Shown: positions 27,481 to 32,000 of the stretch, piece by piece
How positions within the stretch are numbered: position 1 is the stretch's first letter
Layout: each line of letters begins with the position of its first letter
Assembly (NCBI RefSeq): GCF_000341895.1
Contig: NC_020409.1
Coordinates: 2,910,001 to 2,942,000 of the forward strand
Direction of reading: 5' to 3'
Source: Pseudodesulfovibrio piezophilus C1TLV30
GTDB taxonomy: Bacteria > Desulfobacterota > Desulfovibrionia > Desulfovibrionales > Desulfovibrionaceae
DNA: 32,000 nucleotides
Notes under the pieces: generated by a model
The model's input: the letters and a program-made list of their open reading frames with translations, nothing else
Databases searched by the model: none
What the model was told of the DNA's origin: nothing
Translations under genes and position numbers: made by a program

Positions 27481-28212
27481 TTATCTGCGGTCGCCCATGA
27501 GTCGAAGCAACATGAGGAAGAGATTGATGAAGTCGAGATAGAGGGTCAGGGCGCCCATAATAGTTCCGCGTCGTATGGCTGCTTCGTCTCCGGCCGGGAC
27601 CATTTCTCCCATGGTCTTCAGTTTCTGGGTATCATAAGCTGTGAGGCCAAGGAAGATGATGACACCGATGCCGGAAATGGCAAAAGCCATTGCGGAGCTT
27701 TGAATGAACATATTGACCACCATGGCGATCATGATACCGATAAGTCCCATGAAAAGCAGACTTCCCCAACTTGTCAGGTCTTTTTTAGTGAGCAGACCAT
27801 ACAAGGACATGGCACCGAACATGCCGGCGGTAATGACGAAAGTAGAAGCCACTGATTCTGCTGTGTAAGCAAGCAGTATGGGCGTCAGTGTCAATCCGTT
27901 AAGTCCACTGTAGACAAGGAAGAGTGCGGTAGCGGTCCCAGGGGCGAGTGTCCGAATTCGTGCGCTCAGGAAAAACACGATGCCGATTTCGGCCAGGAGC
28001 AGGACAAAAACCAGCGTGGACATGCTGACAGCGCCTGTCGAAGGATTGACGTTGAAGAACATCTGGAGCAGCGAGCTGGTGTTGACGACTGCGTAAGAGA
28101 CTGCGGCAGTTAGAGCGAGTCCGGCACTCATCCAGCCATACACGCCTCGCATGAAAGCGTTGACGACTTCGGCTTTGGCAGCCGAGTGCTGCATGCTGGG
28201 ATACTGATTCAT
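27481..28212 (-). CDS. ybhL: BAX-inhibitor-1/YccA family inner membrane protein (YbhL-like)
   Basis: Very similar to E. coli YbhL as I recall it (VYGWMS.GL, TAGMFGAMSLYG, GLTAYDTQKLK, GALTLYLDFINLFLMLLR). The start is set at the internal ATG 28212 (MNQYPSM...), which has a GGAGG RBS. The 36-codon upstream extension in the track is unsupported. Confidence 0.9.
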   Translation of the reverse strand: MNQYPSMQHSAAKAEVVNAFMRGVYGWMSAGLALTAAVSYAVVNTSSLLQMFFNVNPSTGAVSMSTLVFVLLLAEIGIVFFLSARIRTLAPGTATALFLVYSGLNGLTLTPILLAYTAESVASTFVITAGMFGAMSLYGLLTKKDLTSWGSLLFMGLIGIMIAMVVNMFIQSSAMAFAISGIGVIIFLGLTAYDTQKLKTMGEMVPAGDEAAIRRGTIMGALTLYLDFINLFLMLLRLMGDRR

Positions 28213-28332
28213 TGTATTCCTCCAAGGATTTTTTTGTAGAGTTTGCCGAAGAGTCATTCGGCGTTGCTTATAGTTAAGCAGGATTGAGACAGGAGGCAAG
28301 AGAAACCGGATTTTGCACAAACAATAAATGGA

Positions 28333-28764
28333 TTATAATTTCATCCCCTGGGCGCGCTCTGCGTGGGCTATGGGGACAACGGCCATGCCGATGGGGGCAA
28401 GGGTAATCGCTGCAATCTTGAAATGTTGCCATCCCCATGGGATTCCGATGATAGTCAGGCAGCAGGCCAGCCCAGACATGATGTGTCCGATGCAGAGCCA
28501 CCAGCCAGCAAAGACGAACCAGATGACATTGCCTATGAATCCGAAAGCGGAGGTGCCGATGTCACTTCTGCCGGTCAGTGTATCGCGGCGGACAAGTGTT
28601 CTGCCAAAGGGCATCAGAGCAAATTTTGCAATATTGAAAGCTGCCCGCGCCCATGGCAATCCTACAATGGAGAGGGCCATGAGGCATCCTGCCAGAAACC
28701 AACCCAGCGCCATGAATACGCCGCCGAAAAGAAACCAGATTATGTTGCCGATAAATGAGAGCAT
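28333..28764 (-). CDS. yccF: YccF-family inner membrane protein (two DUF307 repeats)
   Basis: 143-aa ORF. GWWLCIGHIMSGLACCLTIIGIPWGWQHFKIAAITLAPIG closely matches the E. coli YccF signature as I recall it. Confidence 0.87.
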   Translation of the reverse strand: MLSFIGNIIWFLFGGVFMALGWFLAGCLMALSIVGLPWARAAFNIAKFALMPFGRTLVRRDTLTGRSDIGTSAFGFIGNVIWFVFAGWWLCIGHIMSGLACCLTIIGIPWGWQHFKIAAITLAPIGMAVVPIAHAERAQGMKL

Positions 28765-28926
28765 GGAGCCTTCCTGTTATTCATGAATTATGAGTAATAG
28801 TATCTTGTACCGGAAAAATGTTTCCCGTCAATGAGCTTCTATTGAGTTTGTATGGTTGACTTGAGTGTGTAATAATAGTAAACACAATTTAAGACAAAGC
28901 AACATTTCATCAACTAAGGCGCAACA

Positions 28927-29586
28927 ATGAGTAACGGATTTGAAACGTTCTTCAAGAGGCTGTGTTCGGAAACTGAAATACGAAATCAATCACAACTGGC
29001 TCGCGAACTGGAAGTAGGCAGAGCCGCTGTTTCTCTTGCCAAACGGAAAAATTCGGTTCCGGCACGCTGGATTCTGGATTTGGCTGCACGCTATGAACTG
29101 AATCCGCTTTGGCTTGAGCAGGGGGTTGGGCTTCCTCGTCAGACGTGTTTGGCTGAGGTGACCGAAGGGCCGGAGGCCTACCAGGAAGTCCCCAAGGTTC
29201 GGGCGCGTTTGTGCGCGGGTGGCGGGTCTTTCGAGACCGAAGGGATAGTGGAAGGATATTATTCATTTCGTGCGGACTGGCTGAATACGCGGGGGAATCC
29301 GTCAAACATGGTTTTGATGGAAGTCATTGGAAATTCCATGGAGCCGGAGATCAAGGAAGGGGACATGGTCCTCATTGATGAATCCCGTACCGATGTCCTG
29401 TCTGGTGGTATTTACGCTGTCGGTGTGGAGGATACGGTGATGGTCAAACGGGTGGAGCGATTGCCCGGAACTCTCGTGCTTCGAAGTGATAACCTGGACT
29501 ATGCTCCCATCCATTTATCCGGCGATGAATTGAACAATGTCCGAGTTATAGGCAAGGTCCTTTGGATATCCAGGGAGTATCGGTAA
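28927..29586 (+). CDS. CI/LexA-like transcriptional repressor (phage-CI-type HTH plus S24 self-cleaving peptidase domain)
   Basis: 219-aa ORF. N-terminal HTH QSQLARELEVGRAAVSLAKRKNSVPARWILDLA resembles the phage CI repressor. A candidate Ala-Gly cleavage site lies in RARLCAGGGSF. Catalytic Ser is in IGNSMEPEI and catalytic Lys in VMVKRV. Confidence 0.85.
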   Translation: MSNGFETFFKRLCSETEIRNQSQLARELEVGRAAVSLAKRKNSVPARWILDLAARYELNPLWLEQGVGLPRQTCLAEVTEGPEAYQEVPKVRARLCAGGGSFETEGIVEGYYSFRADWLNTRGNPSNMVLMEVIGNSMEPEIKEGDMVLIDESRTDVLSGGIYAVGVEDTVMVKRVERLPGTLVLRSDNLDYAPIHLSGDELNNVRVIGKVLWISREYR

Positions 29587-29658
29587 GCCTCTCAATCAGG
29601 GTCGTCTCATATGTTTCTTTGATCCGACTGAAGGCTGTCAGGGGAAAAATCCCTTGTG

Positions 29659-29700
29659 ACAAGAAAGCCCCGTGTGACTGTGCACACGGGGCTTTCTTGT
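29659..29700 (+). terminator. Strong hairpin terminator after the S24 repressor gene
   Basis: 18-bp perfect stem ACAAGAAAGCCCCGTGTG / CACACGGGGCTTTCTTGT with a 6-nt loop, followed by TGTCATT. Confidence 0.75.
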
Positions 29701-29945
29701 TGTCATTACTGAGAATTATTTTTGAAATGACACGTAACTTCGGTTCTTTTAGGCGGGTATGCTCGCCTCTTTTAGTACACTAAAAGGTGAAATTGATGGT
29801 CCATAGCATGGAAGGTTTGCCTGGCGAGATGAAAACCACGTTTTTGCTGAGTCCTAATTGTCTACTTCGTCTTCATGTAATGTGCAGTAAAAAAGGCAGA
29901 TTATAGAGGATGTAAAAAATACGACAACAAAATGTAAATAATAAG

Positions 29946-29975
29946 TTGACAAAATAAAGAGGGGTTGTTTATTAC
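29946..29975 (+). promoter_or_regulatory. Candidate sigma70 promoter of the microprotein gene
   Basis: Consensus TTGACA (29946-29951), 18-nt spacer, TATTAC (29970-29975). The upstream 70 nt is AT-rich and contains three ATGTAA repeats (29875, 29910, 29932). Confidence 0.5.
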
Positions 29976-30035
29976 TAAGACACGTTGGCAGGAGCGATAA
30001 GAAATTCGCCAGAGCGCGATACAAGGAGAAGTGTC

Positions 30036-30200
30036 ATGCAGGAACGATTTTGCAAGTGCGGTCACAGGCTGAAAGTTCAATACACCCTTGATGGTTTCAT
30101 CCCCTGGGAGGCAGTTATCCTCAAAGATGAAAATCTTGTGTCTCCGGTCAAGGTGTGTCCCTGCTGCGGTTCATATCTCAGCATTCATTTCCTCCGATAA
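30036..30200 (+). CDS. 54-aa Cys-rich (zinc-ribbon-like) microprotein of unknown function
   Basis: ATG at 30036 with AAGGAG 7 nt upstream. The sequence is MQERFCKCGHRLKVQYTLDGFIPWEAVILKDENLVSPVKVCPCCGSYLSIHFLR, with CxC ... CxCC knuckles. The track lists it with an unsupported TTG extension from 29985. It has its own promoter and a downstream hairpin. Confidence 0.5.
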   Translation: MQERFCKCGHRLKVQYTLDGFIPWEAVILKDENLVSPVKVCPCCGSYLSIHFLR

Positions 30201-30294
30201 TATTGGTAGGCAGATTTTCTTTCCTGACATCATGATTTTCCATGGCGGGCCCGGCCCTACCGGATTCCCTGTCCCGTCAACCCCATCCCTGTTG

Positions 30295-30336
30295 AGAGCG
30301 GGCTGAATGGTTCCCCCAAACCGTTCAGTTCGCTCT
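30295..30336 (+). terminator. Strand-specific 18-bp hairpin downstream of the microprotein gene
   Basis: AGAGCGGGCUGAAUGGUU / AACCGUUCAGUUCGCUCU with a CCCCCA loop. The three G-U pairs form only in the plus-strand RNA. GGUCUUUCUGCUG follows. Confidence 0.5.
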
Positions 30337-30603
30337 GGTCTTTCTGCTGATTCGGCATGTCTTTAAATAAAAACACGCAGCTGTCAGGCTGAGGGTTTTC
30401 GCGGAATCTGCTTTTGGTTGCGTACGCAGATATCAAATGAAGCAGGCATTATTCCCTTTCATCTTTTCCTGTACAATTTTCGGCCTGTATAAAGGCTTGG
30501 CAGGTATGGGTTTTGTCGAGGAAAAGAAGAATAAAAGAACAGGAGCAACTCCACTGTTGTCTTCTGCTTGCTGCCAGGCGAAAGGAAAAGAGAAAAAGAA
30601 AGG

Positions 30604-31584
30604 TTATTGCCTGAGAGAGTCTGGACCACGCAAAGTCATGCTTTTCGTTCGATTCCTGCCCTGTTGCTTGGCCTGGTAGAGTGCTCTGTCCGCAGCATGG
30701 AGGAGATTCTCAGGGGTTGTTTCACAGGCGGGCACACAGGAGGCGACTCCGATGGAAACAGTCACGGCACAACTCACCGACGACTGCGGATGCCTGATAC
30801 CCGATTGGGCCAAATTGGCATGTATGGTCTCAGCTACGGCAGATGCTCCCCGGCAGTCTGTGTCCGGGAGGATGACGACAAATTCTTCTCCGCCATAGCG
30901 GGCAACCATGTCACCGGGCCTGTGGACTGCATTCTTGATGGCTGCTGCCACGGCGCAGAGACATGTATCCCCATCAACATGACCAAGTGTGTCATTATAG
31001 GATTTGAAGTGGTCGATATCTATCATGATCAGGGCCATGGGCACATCCTGGCGCCCATTGCGTACCCATTCCTTGACGAGTGTGTCATCAAAACAGCGTC
31101 TGTTCGCCAATCCTGTCAGGCCGTCAAGGTTCGTCATTTTTTCAAGTTTATAGGCAAGCGTCTGCAGTTCCTGCTCCCGTTGCCTGCGTTTGGCCATTTC
31201 CCGTTTTAACTGGAGGGCGGAGCGTATCCGTGCTCTTAATTCGATTTTGCTGGGAGGTTTGATGATATAATCCGAAGCTCCGGCAGCAAAAGCCCGATCC
31301 AGATAGGCTTCATCGTCATGGGCGGTGACGATGATCACAGGCGTATCTTCAAACTCATATTGCGATTTGATCGTCAGAGTGGCGGCAATACCGTCTGTTC
31401 CGGGCAGAGATATATCCATGATAATGAGATCAATGGGAATTTCGGTTTTCCGAGAGTCGTTGAGTGCCTGCATGGCCTGTTCAAAATCATGCACTGCGAT
31501 GCTATCCGGGAAACCCGCCTGGTTCAGGACTTCCGAAATGTGCAGCGCGGTAGCGCGACAGTCATCAACGATAAGAATTCTCAT
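30604..31584 (-). CDS. Response regulator diguanylate cyclase (REC - coiled coil - GGDEF), orphan
   Basis: 326-aa ORF. Receiver motifs ILIVDD and IMDISLPGTDG. Active site RYGGEEF with an RxxD I-site (RPGD) 5 residues upstream. Same architecture as the gene at 8864-9859. Confidence 0.93.
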   Translation of the reverse strand: MRILIVDDCRATALHISEVLNQAGFPDSIAVHDFEQAMQALNDSRKTEIPIDLIIMDISLPGTDGIAATLTIKSQYEFEDTPVIIVTAHDDEAYLDRAFAAGASDYIIKPPSKIELRARIRSALQLKREMAKRRQREQELQTLAYKLEKMTNLDGLTGLANRRCFDDTLVKEWVRNGRQDVPMALIMIDIDHFKSYNDTLGHVDGDTCLCAVAAAIKNAVHRPGDMVARYGGEEFVVILPDTDCRGASAVAETIHANLAQSGIRHPQSSVSCAVTVSIGVASCVPACETTPENLLHAADRALYQAKQQGRNRTKSMTLRGPDSLRQ

Positions 31585-31844
31585 ATTGGACTCACTTCTA
31601 GCAAAAATCTAGAGTTAAGGCGAGTGACAATTCAGTCAAAGAGGGCTGACAAAAAACGTTGTTTCATTTGTGAGAATGCCCAGCGCTTTTGTTTTAAAAC
31701 TGGTGAATGTTTCTTAATTATAACGTAATACGAGTTGATAATTACAGTTAACCTTTTGCAAAAAAACTTGGGCCAATGTAATGTCTGAGTTGGTTTGGAT
31801 GATTCAGTTCACATTAGAATCCAGTTCATTTATTCGGAGGATCA

Positions 31845-32000
31845 ATGATTCGTCTTATATCTCGCGTGGTTTGCTTTGCTCTCATTGTTTCATTCGTGTG
31901 TTTCTCAGTTGAAGTGCAGGCTGCTGTCACTGAAGGTGCTGACCTGGCAGTATACAACAGTGGGCGTGCTCAGGTCACGGAATCCCGTTCAGTTACTTTA
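31845..32000 (+). CDS. Secreted protein, N-terminal 52 codons only (continues beyond the window)
   Basis: ATG at 31845 with GGAGG 6 nt upstream. MIRLISRVVCFALIVSFVCFSVEVQA is a signal peptide. The following ADLAVYNSGRAQVTESRSVTL vaguely resembles DUF4139-type N-termini (from memory, unverified). Confidence 0.55.
   Translation, partial: MIRLISRVVCFALIVSFVCFSVEVQAAVTEGADLAVYNSGRAQVTESRSVTL

Noticed and set aside
28213-28320. 36-codon N-terminal extension of the ybhL-like ORF.
   Set aside because: The internal ATG at 28212 is preceded by GGAGG and matches the N-terminus and length of the YbhL family. The extension has no RBS.
30437-30679. 80-aa plus-strand ORF with a hydrophobic N-terminus (MKQALFPFIFSCTIFGLY...).
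   Set aside because: It has no RBS. It runs through the purine tract (Lys/Glu-rich low complexity) and into the 3' end of the convergent GGDEF gene.
1-32000. Window-wide look for CRISPR arrays, IS elements or transposases, integrases, tRNA/rRNA genes and classical defence or toxin-antitoxin gene pairs.
   Set aside because: I saw no spaced direct-repeat arrays, terminal inverted repeats flanking a transposase-like ORF, T-arm-like GGTTCGAATCC motifs in intergenic DNA, or recognisable defence or TA domains. The segment looks like core chromosome rather than an island.

Overview
A gene-dense 32-kb chromosomal segment of roughly 50% GC with about 27 protein genes. I saw no rRNA, tRNA, CRISPR array or IS/transposase by eye. 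The RecA, AlaS, L13/S9, RNase R and LpxK sequences and the overall gene content resemble a Desulfovibrionales-type sulfate reducer; this is inference only, as no search was run.

Layout, left to right:
1. Minus-strand uptake cluster: an APH/choline-kinase-like phosphotransferase, an ABC ATPase and a YnjB-like lipoprotein binding protein that runs off the left edge.
2. Plus-strand four-gene operon: a 1393-aa Cache-HAMP-GAF-coiled-coil hybrid histidine kinase with three receiver domains, a CheR-like methyltransferase, a receiver-less CheB-like methylesterase, and a REC-GGDEF diguanylate cyclase.
3. Minus-strand radical SAM gene followed by a BMP-family ABC transporter (binding protein, duplicated ATPase, two permeases).
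4. Housekeeping genes rplM-rpsI and recA-alaS.
5. A PP-loop ATPase and a CaCA antiporter.
6. lpxK-rnr, ybhL and yccF.
7. A CI/LexA-like S24 repressor, followed by a self-contained promoter-microORF-terminator unit encoding a 54-aa Cys-rich zinc-ribbon-like protein.
8. A second, orphan REC-GGDEF gene and the start of a secreted protein.

The best candidate for an undescribed system is block 2. Chemotaxis-type adaptation enzymes sit inside a two-component c-di-GMP operon, with no MCP, CheA or CheW in the window. The kinase carries a conserved tandem Glx-rich heptad duplication that could be the methyl-accepting site. The second candidate is the S24 repressor plus microprotein unit.

Small motifs were mapped by hand and may be off by 1-2 nt. 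Between about 17.6 and 21.4 kb my counts from the printed line labels disagreed with the ORF track by 1 nt; I used the ORF-track coordinates for CDS there.
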